This document shows, piece by piece, positions 49,569-59,435 of a stretch of 64,000 bases of DNA. Both the position numbers and the translations under genes were made by a program. The DNA comes from an uncultured virus (IMG/VR IMGVR_UViG_3300049167_000097) (Duplodnaviria > Heunggongvirae > Uroviricota > Caudoviricetes). How positions within the stretch are numbered: the first letter of the stretch is position 1; each line of letters starts with the position of its first letter. The notes beneath the pieces are model-generated. The model saw nothing but the letters and a program-made list of their open reading frames with translations. It made no database searches and had not been told where the DNA came from. The DNA lies in the IMG/VR virus record IMGVR_UViG_3300049167_000097. The stretch is one strand, 5' to 3'.

Positions 49569-49793
49569 ATGGCCAAGCAGAACACCGAAGGGCACACCCC
49601 CCTACGCCCGCTCCGCATCCCAGACGACGAGTGGGAAGCCCTCGGCAAAGCCGTCGGCGACCGCAACCGCACCCGCCTCATCCGCGAGTACATCCGCTGG
49701 CACCTGCGCTGGCCCGGCAACACCCAGCCCACCCGCGCAGCCGAACAGGTCGGCGGCCCAGGCATCAGCAAGAAGACTGAGGAGTCCGCATGA
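49569..49793 (+). CDS. Ribbon-helix-helix-like regulator
   Basis: TPLRPLRIPDDEWEALG...RTRLIREYIRW. Confidence 0.65.
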   Translation: MAKQNTEGHTPLRPLRIPDDEWEALGKAVGDRNRTRLIREYIRWHLRWPGNTQPTRAAEQVGGPGISKKTEESA

Positions 49794-50152
49794 CCTCCAA
49801 CCTGCTGGCATTCCTGCGGGCCCGCTTCGCGGAGGACCGCGCATTAGCGTCGGCCGCTCTGTCACTCGCACCGTCGGGCTGGTCCGCGCATCCGTCCCGT
49901 GAAAGTACGGACGACACGGATCGCGTCGTGTCCGGCGTTGATCGCGAAATCGCCCTCTACATGCACCGCCTGGAACCTCGCCGCTATCTCGCTGAAATCG
50001 ACGCCAAGGCTCGGACTTTGGTGCGCTGCGAGGAGGAACTACTGGCCGGCATCCCGCGCCTCACGCACTTCGTAAAGCAGACGGTGCGGGAGATGGCGCT
50101 CCCATACTCCGACCATCCCGACTACCAGGCAGCGGTAGCCTCCTTCGACTGA
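49790..50152 (+). CDS. DUF6221-like protein
   Basis: LLAFLRARFAED...PRRYLAEIDAK...ALPYSDHPDY. Confidence 0.75.
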   Translation: MTSNLLAFLRARFAEDRALASAALSLAPSGWSAHPSRESTDDTDRVVSGVDREIALYMHRLEPRRYLAEIDAKARTLVRCEEELLAGIPRLTHFVKQTVREMALPYSDHPDYQAAVASFD

Positions 50153-50194
50153 TTCCAGCACCACCACTCCCCCGTAGGCGGCAGACTGCCGTTC

Positions 50195-50383
50195 ATGGCG
50201 GTGAGCTACATGGTGCGTGGCAGGACCGAGGCGGAGTGCCGGGCGGCTCTCGATGAACTGTGCGAGCGGCTCGGGGCCCGTCCGACTCTGTGGCCGTCGG
50301 CCCGGTTCGGTCACGGCTGGATTGCACGCGCTGAACGCAGCACGGCCCCGGACCAGACGGTCCGGGGCCTCGTCGCGCAGTAG
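50195..50383 (+). CDS. Small hypothetical protein
   Basis: 62-aa ORF. Confidence 0.5.
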   Translation: MAVSYMVRGRTEAECRAALDELCERLGARPTLWPSARFGHGWIARAERSTAPDQTVRGLVAQ

Positions 50384-50394
50384 GAGCCGGCTGT

Positions 50395-50571
50395 TCAGTC
50401 GTCGTCGCCAAGGCTGACGATGAGCACTTTGACCTTTCCCGACGTGGACAGTTCGGCGTACACGTTCCTGCTGCCGTCAACGCCATTCGACCGGGCTTGT
50501 TCCACGAACGCCGCGAGCTCGTCGAACGTCATGTCCTTGTCCTCGCCGCTGTATCTCAACTCGAGTGCCAT
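50395..50571 (-). CDS. Small hypothetical protein (MALELRYSGEDKDMTFDELAAFVEQAR...)
   Basis: 58-aa ORF read by hand, below track cutoff. Confidence 0.5.
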   Translation of the reverse strand: MALELRYSGEDKDMTFDELAAFVEQARSNGVDGSRNVYAELSTSGKVKVLIVSLGDDD

Positions 50572-50587
50572 GCCGCAAGTCTGGCGA

Positions 50588-51175
50588 TCAAGACAGGAAC
50601 GGTGGGCCGTATTTGCGAACTAGAGCGTCAATGTGCGCGAGCAGGTCGTCGCCGGGGAGGTACCACTCGTGATGGTGGTGGAGGTGCTTGAACCGTCTTT
50701 GACGCTGACGCTCGATCGTTTCGTCGCCCGGTTCGGTAGCGAGCACCTTCTCGGCTTCGAGCTCCATTGCGCGCACCCGAAGCCGGGTGCTGGTGCCAAT
50801 CTTGATGAGTCCGCCGCGGAGGACGTAGTACACGACGGGTGCATGCCTAGCGACTCTCCTGGGGGCTCTGATCCGGTCGCCAAATTGGCGGCGCCGTGTG
50901 CTGTGGCTCGAGTTGAGGAAGCGCTCGACCTCGAGGGTGCCGGCCAGGGGGCCGAGAAGGCTGGCTGCGGCCTTCTCGTGTTCGAGACAGAAGCGGAGTG
51001 GTTCCTTGGTGACAGCGACGGTGCGGCAGTCGCCGTAGGAACAGCGTCGGACGGAGTCGGGTTGTAGGACGACTTCGACGGCAGAACTACATCCGCAACG
51101 GAAGGCGTTGCGGCCTGCCGAGCCGTCGGTTGACATGAAGCGTGTGCAGCAGCATTTCACTGCAATTTTGACCAT
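50588..51175 (-). CDS. T5orf172/GIY-YIG-like domain protein with Cys-rich N-terminus
   Basis: VVYYV..GLIKIGTS..R...EPG...E...F.HL...EWY. Confidence 0.65.
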   Translation of the reverse strand: MVKIAVKCCCTRFMSTDGSAGRNAFRCGCSSAVEVVLQPDSVRRCSYGDCRTVAVTKEPLRFCLEHEKAAASLLGPLAGTLEVERFLNSSHSTRRRQFGDRIRAPRRVARHAPVVYYVLRGGLIKIGTSTRLRVRAMELEAEKVLATEPGDETIERQRQRRFKHLHHHHEWYLPGDDLLAHIDALVRKYGPPFLS

Positions 51176-51221
51176 GTCGGCATCTTGATGCCAGGCACTG
51201 ACAGTCCCTAGCAAATGGGTG

Positions 51222-51248
51222 AGGCCCCGACCAGAACGGTCGGGGCCT
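51222..51248. terminator. Intrinsic terminator hairpin
   Basis: AGGCCCCGACC-N5-GGTCGGGGCCT. Confidence 0.7.
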
Positions 51249-51269
51249 TCTGCCTCCCTCGTATGGCTT

Positions 51270-51623
51270 TCAGAGGGGAAGGTGGTCTGGGTATGGCTGG
51301 CGTTCGTGGTGTACGCCCCAGCTTCGGATCCAGTACCAGGTGAATGGGAAGTCGTGGATGCCGAGCTCGATGAGGGCAACTGCTCGGTGGTGGCCGTCGG
51401 CGACGTAGGCGTCGTCGGGGTAGCGGTCATTGACGCCGATGATGATGGGCTTCTTGAGGCCGTCCCGTGGGATGGATGCCTTGAGCTGGTCGACGATGGC
51501 TCGATCCTTGTCGCGCCGTTCGAACCTCTGGTGCGCGTCGGCCCATTTGCGGTATTCGGTGGGGCGGACCTGCTGGTCGTTCAGGAGGCTGGTCCGCATC
51601 CTGCCGACCCAGAGGCGGCTCAC
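51270..51623 (-). CDS. Stand-alone ParB/Srx-like N-terminal domain protein
   Basis: LKASIPRDGLKKPIII...VADGHHRAVAL. Confidence 0.65.
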   Translation of the reverse strand: MSRLWVGRMRTSLLNDQQVRPTEYRKWADAHQRFERRDKDRAIVDQLKASIPRDGLKKPIIIGVNDRYPDDAYVADGHHRAVALIELGIHDFPFTWYWIRSWGVHHERQPYPDHLPL

Positions 51624-52396
51624 CGGGCGTACCAGCGGGGTTCATGGTCACCGGCCGCGCCGAGGATCTGGAAGGCGATTTCCTGTGTGTCGAGGCCTTC
51701 CTTCTTTGCCTGTTCGATGAGCTGGTCGGCGAGTTTGCTGCTGCCGCGTCCGAGGAGTCCGCCGCGCTGGAGCTGGCGGCCGGCTTCGGCGATCTGCTGC
51801 GGTGTGGGCTTGGGCATGATGCGTCCTTTCAGGATGCAGTGACGCGGGCTCGGCGGTGCATGCGGGTGTCTTCGCCGCGGCTTATCGGCGGGTCGGGGCG
51901 GCGTCCGTTGCTGTGGAAGTCGCCGGGTGCGGTGCCCTGGTAGGGGCGTCCTTCGGGTTGGGGTCGTCGGCTGTCGCCGTCGCGGGCGTCACGGCCGGGC
52001 TTCTCGTCCGGGTTCCAGGTCACAGGCGCCCCTTGGTGCTGCGGATGCCGTACTGCTGGCGGATTTCGGTGGGGGTGAGTGACCAGCTTTCGGGGCCGGT
52101 GGTCGGGTAGTAGACGGGTTCTCCGTGGCGGCCGGGTCCTGCGGTGGGTTCCCAGGTGTCGCCGTTGCCGTCGGTGATCTGGGCGGGGAAGTCGGGCATG
52201 GCGTTTCCTTTCAGGTCTGGACTGTCCAGCGGCCGTTGCCGCCGCGGATGGTGAAGCCGGGGCCGCTGATCCGGCTGGGGGTGACGGTGCCGATGCCGAG
52301 CTGGTCTATGCGGGCGAGGAGGTCGGCGATCTGTGCGGCGTATTCGGCGGCCTGCTGCTCTCGGCGGCGGAGGTCTTCGGGCTTTCCGGTGAACAT
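51620..52396 (-). CDS. Four micro-ORFs (51620-51817, 51829-52023, 52020-52199, 52211-52396)
   Basis: Three have AAAGGA RBSs; one coupled by ATGA-type overlap. Confidence 0.6.
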
Positions 52397-52407
52397 GCGG
52401 ATTCCTT

Positions 52408-52887
52408 TCAGTGCAGGTTGGCGGCGGTGTTGAGCATGCGGATGACGGTGTCGGGGTTGGTCTGGGCGTCGTTCCACGAGGGGAGGGTGTCTGCCTGGAA
52501 GTGCTGCTGAATGACGTCGAGGAGGCGGGCGCAGGCGTCGTCGGCGCGCCCGCGGTCGGGGCCGGCGGCGGCTCGGATGGCTTCGACGGCGCACACGGCG
52601 CCCTGCTCGTCTCGGAGGCCGCCGCGGGTCCAGCCGCGTGCACGAATGACGTTGATGGCGGCGAGGAATACGGCGGCGAGCGGACAGCCCTGGGGCTGCG
52701 GGGCGAGGGCGGGCAGATCCACAAACTCCAGCTCCACAACCGGCGAGTTGGGCTGGTGGGCGGTGTTCACGTCGAAGCGGAGCTGGGCCTGCTCGAGACG
52801 GAGGGTCATCGACGCGTCCGCGATGGCGAGGCGCGTGTCGAGGTCGACTTGGGTCGGGGTTGCGGTGCGGGTGAGGGTCGTGGTCAT
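52408..52887 (-). CDS. DUF6197-like protein
   Basis: RGWTRG...GAVCAVEAI...PSWND. Confidence 0.65.
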   Translation of the reverse strand: MTTTLTRTATPTQVDLDTRLAIADASMTLRLEQAQLRFDVNTAHQPNSPVVELEFVDLPALAPQPQGCPLAAVFLAAINVIRARGWTRGGLRDEQGAVCAVEAIRAAAGPDRGRADDACARLLDVIQQHFQADTLPSWNDAQTNPDTVIRMLNTAANLH

Positions 52888-52968
52888 GTCGTGGTGCTCC
52901 GGTGGTCTGGGGACTGTCGGGCGGGCGAGGGGCGCTCCGTGTGCTGGCAGGCCGGGGAGCGCCCCCGG

Positions 52969-53370
52969 TCACCAGAAGCTGCGCTTACTCCGGCCGCTGG
53001 CCTGGTCGTTGCGCAGGTTCTGCTTCTCGAGTTCGCGGATCTCGCGCGCGTTGAGGTGCCGGTTCTGCTTCCGGTCGAGTGGTCCGGCGACCTGGGGCCC
53101 GGGGGTAGCGACGTTGCGGACACCCTTGGGCTTCTCGGTGTAGACGGGCCCTTCACGGAGGACGAGGCCCTCGACGGACAGCGAGCCGGAGATCATCCAG
53201 CCGGGCATGAGCGGGTGCCGGTAGGACACCGTGTACTCGGAGTACAGGTGGCTGTCCTCGTAGGGTGCGAGGTTGGTGGCGACCTTCTTCAGGACGTACA
53301 GCTTCTGGCCCTCGCGGACCTCTCGGTCGGCGCGCTTGGCGTCTCGCTTAGTGCGCTGGTACACGGTCAT
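52969..53370 (-). CDS. Hypothetical basic protein
   Basis: TAAGGAG RBS. Confidence 0.65.
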   Translation of the reverse strand: MTVYQRTKRDAKRADREVREGQKLYVLKKVATNLAPYEDSHLYSEYTVSYRHPLMPGWMISGSLSVEGLVLREGPVYTEKPKGVRNVATPGPQVAGPLDRKQNRHLNAREIRELEKQNLRNDQASGRSKRSFW

Positions 53371-53410
53371 CAGGTTCTCCTTAGAGTCGGGATGTTTCGT
53401 GCATTTCGGG

Positions 53411-53562
53411 TGCTAGACGGCGCGGCTGTGCCGCTAAGCCGCAGGTCAGGGGTGCTAGGGGGCCTGCTATCGGGTGGTCAGGTAGCACTCGGCTAGCAGG
53501 CGCGACCAGAGGACGTAGCGGCCCTGACCTGCGGGTTAGCAGGCTCGACCACCTCGATAGCA
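53411..53562. repeat. Phased inverted YGCTA/TAGCR repeat locus (clt-like) downstream of traB
   Basis: YGCTA at 53411, 53432, 53453, 53465; TAGCR at 53483, 53494, 53516, 53537, 53558; IR GCAGGTCAGGG/CCCTGACCTGC. Confidence 0.7.
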
Positions 53563-53571
53563 GGGGGCATA

Positions 53572-55701
53572 TCAGGTCAAAGAGTTCAGGGCTTCGAGCT
53601 TGTATCCGCGGGGGTTCTTCTCACCGTCGAGCGCGCCGAGCTGCACCGGGGAGCCGGCGCCCGCGTCGCGGAGCAGGGCCTTCAGCCGGTCGGCCGTCAG
53701 GTCTCCATAGGCTGTCGGGTCGTGCTCAGCAAGCGCCGCTACGAGGGCCTCAGTGCGCATGCGGTCGACGCCGCGCTTCCGGTACAGATCCGCGGCGTCT
53801 GCAGCCGCGACCTCAGCTTCGGTCCCAGTACTGGCCGTCTCGCCCGGCACGGCATCGCAAAGACGCAGCAGCTGCGCCCAGCTGAGGAGTTTGACCGGCG
53901 CCTCCTTTTTGAGGTTGCCGTCGTTGTCGTACTGCGGCTCGACGTACTCGGGCAGGTCAACATGAGCCATCGCGTCGAGGCTGTCCTGATCAGGATCGAG
54001 AAGGCCAGCAGCAAGACGCTCGGCCGCCAGCTTCCGCAGGACAGCAGAAGGCGTCTCATGAATGGCGTACTCGATCGGCTCGTCGGGCCTTCCAGGCACG
54101 CCCTGGATGTAGATGTGCCCGGCGTCCTTCGAGTCGGTCTGGGTGGCTGGCGAGAGACGGTGAGGCAGCCACCCTTCCCTGACGGAGTCGTCACCGAAGA
54201 CAGCACGGGTGTCGCCGACCTTGCAAGGACCGACGCCCTTGAGGGCGACCATCTGGGCGAAGTTCTCCCCCAGGTACAGCTTCGTGCCGCCCTGCGCCGC
54301 GATCTCCACCTCGATGAGCTCCTTGCGGCCGACGAGCAGGAGGTCGAACGCGAGGCGTTTCGCCAGGTCGGAACCCTTCGGGAACTCGTCGAAGTAGATC
54401 GTGATGGCGGGGTGCGTGGGGGTAGCGATCCACTTCTTACCCATGCCGAGCTTCTTGCGGAGCCTGGCGCGGGCCTTGGACATGACGAGGAAGAAAAGTA
54501 GGACGGCTTCGATCTGCTCGTTGCTGCGTGCGGTGATCCGGACGGCGTCGTAGAGGTCTTCTAGGCCGTCGCCGTGCGGGTCAAGGTCGATGGTGATGTT
54601 GTCGCGGCATGCCGTCGTGCCTTCGGCGAGGGCCTGGAGGATGCCGGTCTTGCCGCCTCCGGATGCGGCGACCCAAAGGCCCATGACGCCGGCGAGGTTG
54701 ATGTCGAGGGGGTCGCCGCCAACGGATGTGCCGATACGGAAGGAGTCGTTGATGGACAGGGACTTGGGTGCCCGGTAGGGCATGGCGGGAGCGGTGGCGA
54801 AGGGGTCGCCTTGAACGAGTCGGAGAACGGCACACGCCCGACGTTCGATCATGGGCTGGGGGCGGACACCGTTCGTCGGCAGATCGAAGCGAGTCTCGAG
54901 GTCGCCCGCAACCTTGATGACGTCCTCAGGGGTGCCTTCGGAGACGCGGATTACGCACTGCCAGCCCCACGGCTGCCGCTGCATGCTGGAGACCTCGGCG
55001 ACGGGGACGCGCTCGGCCAGCAGGGCGAGAAGCACGCATGCCGATGCCTGCGCGGGCGTCTCAGCCAGGGCCAGTGGGAACGGTTCGGCGCCTTCGGGCA
55101 ACTGGTCAACGGTCATGCCGTCGCCTGTCGAGGAGCTGCCGACGGCGAGGGCAGGAGAGCCAGCCGGCAGACCGGAGCACACGGCTGGCCGACCGTTCCA
55201 CGCGCCGGTGATGTAGCCGGCGAGGCCGATGGCTAGGTCGACCCACAGGCCGCCGACAGCGAGGCCAACTGTGCTGCTGGCGCCGATGACGCTTGCCCAG
55301 GCAGCAGACTTGCCGGTGTAGATGAGGCGGTGGCGCAGGTAGTCGGACCGCCGCTGCCGGACGGTGTCCTTGAGTTTGGTCTCTTCGTCGACCTTGTCCT
55401 TGGCGCCCTTCAGGGCCTTGCGGGCGGAGCAGATCATCTGCGGGTAGTCGTCGCGGTAGCCGTCGATCCAAGCGCGGCCGATGTTGGCGTAGCCGCGGGG
55501 CACCCACGGGAGGTAGCCCCGGTTGTCGGCGACGTGGCGCTTCGCGGCCTTGAGGCGTGCGGTCTGGGACTCGATCCATGCGGGGCGGGCCTTCTCGACC
55601 TGGTGCTCGACGACCGTGCCCTCGACAACGTCAGGCAAGTCTTCGACAAGGCTGAGCGCCGGCCGGACGACGGCCTGCTCGGTGTACGGGGCGGTGGTCA
55701 C
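53572..55701 (-). CDS. traB: TraB/TraSA-like FtsK/SpoIIIE DNA translocase
   Basis: TM segments, Walker A AASGGGKT, Walker B IYFDE, C-terminal wHTH-like domain ending NPRGY. Confidence 0.75.
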   Translation of the reverse strand: MTTAPYTEQAVVRPALSLVEDLPDVVEGTVVEHQVEKARPAWIESQTARLKAAKRHVADNRGYLPWVPRGYANIGRAWIDGYRDDYPQMICSARKALKGAKDKVDEETKLKDTVRQRRSDYLRHRLIYTGKSAAWASVIGASSTVGLAVGGLWVDLAIGLAGYITGAWNGRPAVCSGLPAGSPALAVGSSSTGDGMTVDQLPEGAEPFPLALAETPAQASACVLLALLAERVPVAEVSSMQRQPWGWQCVIRVSEGTPEDVIKVAGDLETRFDLPTNGVRPQPMIERRACAVLRLVQGDPFATAPAMPYRAPKSLSINDSFRIGTSVGGDPLDINLAGVMGLWVAASGGGKTGILQALAEGTTACRDNITIDLDPHGDGLEDLYDAVRITARSNEQIEAVLLFFLVMSKARARLRKKLGMGKKWIATPTHPAITIYFDEFPKGSDLAKRLAFDLLLVGRKELIEVEIAAQGGTKLYLGENFAQMVALKGVGPCKVGDTRAVFGDDSVREGWLPHRLSPATQTDSKDAGHIYIQGVPGRPDEPIEYAIHETPSAVLRKLAAERLAAGLLDPDQDSLDAMAHVDLPEYVEPQYDNDGNLKKEAPVKLLSWAQLLRLCDAVPGETASTGTEAEVAAADAADLYRKRGVDRMRTEALVAALAEHDPTAYGDLTADRLKALLRDAGAGSPVQLGALDGEKNPRGYKLEALNSLT

Positions 55702-57023
55702 TTCGACTCCTCAGAGGCGGTGGCGCGGGAAGGTGCGGCGGTGCGTTCGAGGCGCGCCTGCGTTCGAGCAAGCTGGCTCGGCGGCGGCGCGTCGCCAGGA
55801 CGTCGGCGGGGTGGCGTGCCGCCGTTGTTACGGCGTCCGTCGGGGGCGTTCGGGTCGCGCTTCGTGTGAGCAGGTCGATGGGAATTGATCAGCGAAAACG
55901 AGCCCACGATCGGCGTTTCGGTAGCGGTCCGCATACGAGCCTCAGCGGCGCGTGACTGGGCTTCGATTTCGGCGGTGATTCCGACAAGCTTTGAGCCGGT
56001 AACGCGGTACCAGGCGTCGGACCAGATCTGCTCTGTCACGTACTCCGAACCGCGGGCGGAGCGCAGCGCGTCGGCAACCGACCAGACGTCGGGGTGGTGC
56101 TGCTTGCGGTCGGCGTCGCGGCGCTTCTGCTCCTCGCGGGCGCGTGACTCCGCGAGCTGCCTGGCGGCCTCCGCGGCGTGTTCGGCGTCCCGCTTTTCGC
56201 GCTGCGCCTTCTCACGAGCGGCGTCGGCCTCGTCCTTGGACCGGTCGGCTGCTCGACGCTCCCGCCATGACGGGATGCCGTCGGCCTTCTGAGCGATGCC
56301 GTGCTCGTAGGCCATGAGGACGATCGGCCCGCCAAGGGAGGCGATGGCCCCGATCAGGCCGGCGTTGAACCCGATCTCCGACTTGGTCAGGCCGCCGTGC
56401 AGGTTGATCGCTGCGGCGATGGAGGCGGAGACCATGATGCCGACCCGGTACGGGGCGACGTCCCTACGGTGAGCGACGGCCCACGCGGCACCGAGCGCGA
56501 GCACCAGTGCGAGGCCTTCAAGGAGGATGGGCGCCGCGAGGAGGAACTTCCGCGCCGGGTCCCAGAAGTGGAGCAGCTGCACCGGAGCCGCAATCACAAG
56601 GCCGACGGCGTAGATGCCGCGGGCGCCCCACTTCCACAGGTTCTCACTGCGCTCCTGCTCCTCGGCGCGTGCGGCTTCCTCGGCGGCCGCGTCGGCTGCT
56701 GCCTTCTCGGCCTTCTCCCGCTCGGCGTTGGCCTTGGCGGTCTTCTCAGCCTGCTCCGCGATGTAGCGATCGTGCGCAGCCTGATCCTTCTCCTGCTTCA
56801 GACGGGCTCGGTCGTTGGCGAGGCGTTGCTTGGTCGCCTCCTCGACGGCGAGGATCTCGGCGGCCTTGGCCTCCCCTTCGGCCTTGATGCGGAGGGCTTC
56901 GGCTTCGGCTTCGGCGCGGGTCCGGATGGCGTCCGCCTCGGCGATCGCAACCGGGTCGAACCGCGTTTCGGCGACGGCGTGCCCGTTGACCTTCTCGATG
57001 GCGGAGGTGCTCACGACGATCAA
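55698..57023 (-). CDS. SpdB-like coiled-coil multi-TM protein
   Basis: Long coiled coils around about 4 TM helices; GTGA-coupled to traB. Confidence 0.6.
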   Translation of the reverse strand: MIVVSTSAIEKVNGHAVAETRFDPVAIAEADAIRTRAEAEAEALRIKAEGEAKAAEILAVEEATKQRLANDRARLKQEKDQAAHDRYIAEQAEKTAKANAEREKAEKAAADAAAEEAARAEEQERSENLWKWGARGIYAVGLVIAAPVQLLHFWDPARKFLLAAPILLEGLALVLALGAAWAVAHRRDVAPYRVGIMVSASIAAAINLHGGLTKSEIGFNAGLIGAIASLGGPIVLMAYEHGIAQKADGIPSWRERRAADRSKDEADAAREKAQREKRDAEHAAEAARQLAESRAREEQKRRDADRKQHHPDVWSVADALRSARGSEYVTEQIWSDAWYRVTGSKLVGITAEIEAQSRAAEARMRTATETPIVGSFSLINSHRPAHTKRDPNAPDGRRNNGGTPPRRRPGDAPPPSQLARTQARLERTAAPSRATASEESK

Positions 57024-57035
57024 TCCCTTCGGCGG

Positions 57036-57260
57036 TTAGGCGTGCTGGCGGTGGCGCGGGGCGGGGATGCGGATGGTCCGCGGGGGCTGCTGCTGGCTGA
57101 GCCACTGGTCGATGACGAACGCGGCGGCGACGAGGAGGACGAGCCCAATGCGGGTTCCGGGCGGCGGGGTGAGGCCGAACAGCCAGGCCAGGCCGGCGAC
57201 GAGGACGGCGACTCGGGCCCGGTGGGCGATGGCGGTCAGGTCGAGGATCATGACGGTCAC
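57036..57260 (-). CDS. Small 2-TM protein (Spd-like)
   Basis: Two hydrophobic helices upstream of spdB-like gene. Confidence 0.55.
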   Translation of the reverse strand: MTVMILDLTAIAHRARVAVLVAGLAWLFGLTPPPGTRIGLVLLVAAAFVIDQWLSQQQPPRTIRIPAPRHRQHA

Positions 57261-59062
57261 CGCTCCGGGGTAGTGCGCCGGTACTGGTCAAGCTCGAACG
57301 GGTGGATCCCCGCCTCACGGGCGGCGTTGAAGTTGGTCCGTGCGATCGCGACGTCGGCCTGGGACGGCTTGGTGCCGTTCTCGTAGTGATCGACCATCTC
57401 GTCGGCGGATGCTGCGGCCTGGCGTGCGAGATGCTCACGCTGATTCATTGGGGTTCTCCTTCACTGGTCGGGGCGGGCGGTCTGGCCGGTTCTCCTCACC
57501 GCCCGTGCGAGACGGGCGGATCGGGCAGCCGGTCAGTGGCCGCAGGTGCCGTTCACGCAGGGGACGTTGCAGTGGCCGCACGATTCGTCGCACTTCTCCA
57601 GGTAGCGGCCGAGGGTGGCCTTCGAGATCGCCTTGGCGGCCTTGATGCCCTTCTCGCCAGCGAGCTTCTTGCCGGTGTTGTGGAGGGCGTCGACGGTGCT
57701 GTCGAGCAGGTCATCGATCTTCTGTCGGGGCACTGGGTCCTCCTTCCTTCGGGTTCGGTAGCTGGTCAGGCGGCGAGGTCGGCGAGGAGCTGGGTGCCGT
57801 GGACGATGTCGTGGCCGGCGATGAGGGCCTCGACGCGGCGGAGTTCGAGCTCGTCGCCGTTGTGCAGGGCCCATGCGTGGCGGGCGGTGAGCTCGCGGCG
57901 TGCTTCCTGCTCGGCCTCGTAGGCGTCGAGGTCGGCGGCGGAGATGAGGCGGAGGGACATGGGGGTGCTCCTTCGAATCGGTGCGGGATGGTTGGGTGCC
58001 GGGGCGTGGGGCGCGGGGGTTGGAGTCCACGCCCCGGCGGTCGGGGGGCTACCTGCGGCGGTAGCAGCGGACGTCGGCGGCGGTGGTGCCGTCCGCGGCG
58101 GCCCGGTCGAGCTGCTGGTGCGCGGCCCGGATCTCCGCCTCGGACGGGTGCGGGCCCTCGCGGTTCAGGTGGGCGACGACCTTGTCGACGGACGCGGCGA
58201 GGGCTTCGGCGGTGGTCTTGGGCATGGCTGTGAACCTTCCGGTGGTCAAGCGGATGGATTGGTGAGCCGCGCTGACGGGGGCGGGGGTGGTCACCCGCCA
58301 GCGCGGCGGTCATGGGAGTCAGGCGAAACCACCGGCCTGCTTCTCGCAGGACACGGCCTCGGCGCGGCAGGTGGTGGCGAGGTCGTCCTTGCCGTCCCGC
58401 TGCGCCTGGTCGGCGATGTCGCGCCACTCCTGAGCCTTGGCGAGGAGCTGGTCTCCGGTGAGTGCAGGCATGACGATTCCCTTCAGGGCAGTGAAAGCGA
58501 GGGGGTGAGGGTGCCTCGGGCGTGGGGCGCGGGATGGGGACACGCCCGAGGCGGTCTAGCGGCGCGCGGTCAGTGCGCAGTCGCGGAGGTACTTCGCCTG
58601 CTCGATCGCGGCCTGCGCTTCACGCGCGGCTTCCTGGGCGCGGCGGGTCTGCTCGGCGAGCTGGGCGTCCGCGGCAGCTTTGGCCTCGGCGGCGGCCTTG
58701 GCTTCGTCGGTCGTCATGACGTCACCAGCCCATGGCCGGCTGCTCGGCGTGAGCGGCAGCCGCTTCGAAGGCGAGCCGGGCGGACTCCTGGTACAGGAGC
58801 AGCGAGCCGGCGGACGGGTGCTGGGGGTTGGAGGCAATCTCCGCGGCGCGGGCGGCAATGCCTTCGGCGCGGTGCTGCTCCTCGTAGGCGAATGCCTGGG
58901 CGGTCATGGTCACCAGCCCCGGATCGCGATGGCGCGGCGTCGGGCGGGGGTGCCGGCGGGCGGGAGTGGCGGGTACACGGTCTGCTCGACCATGACGCCG
59001 GCCTTGATGCGGCCCGAGACGAGCGGGCGGCGCGTGTCCGTGGCCTTCTGCTGGCTGGTCAT
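57257..59062 (-). CDS. Array of micro-ORFs (57257-57448, 57533-57733, 57766-57960, 58049-58225, 58319-58471, 58556-58717, 58722-58913, 58910-59062)
   Basis: 50-66 aa each, same strand, RBSs or overlaps. Confidence 0.6.
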
Positions 59063-59289
59063 CACGCCACCGCCTTAGCGCCTGGGGTAACGACGCGGGC
59101 CCTGAGGAAGCGGTCGACCGAGTCGGCCGAGACCCGAAAGCGGGAGCGGTCTCCGCTGCCGATGTCGATGGCTTCGAGGTGGCCAGCGTGGATCAGTTCT
59201 CGCACGTACTGGGAGGTGGAGCCAATGCGGCTGGCTGCCTCTCCTGTGGTGATGAAGCCGCTCTTGGGAGCGGCGGGCGTGGACGTCAT
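59062..59289 (-). CDS. Excisionase-family HTH protein
   Basis: ITTGEAASRIG....VRELIHAGHLEAI..G..RFRV. Confidence 0.8.
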   Translation of the reverse strand: MTSTPAAPKSGFITTGEAASRIGSTSQYVRELIHAGHLEAIDIGSGDRSRFRVSADSVDRFLRARVVTPGAKAVA

Positions 59290-59338
59290 TGGGTGCTCCC
59301 ATGCAGTCGGCTGGGCTGACGACTACATAGAAGCAGAG

Positions 59339-59370
59339 TGCTCTAGAGCAAGGCAAGGAGCACTAGAGCA
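59339..59370. promoter_or_regulatory. Palindromic operator pair (probable GntR site)
   Basis: TGCTCTAGAGCA (59339-50) and AGCACTAGAGCA (59359-70). Confidence 0.7.
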
Positions 59371-59435
59371 ATCATTGCTGTTTCAAGACAGCGAAAAGCC
59401 CCCACCCGGGAGGGCGGGGGCCAGGAAGTGGCAGG

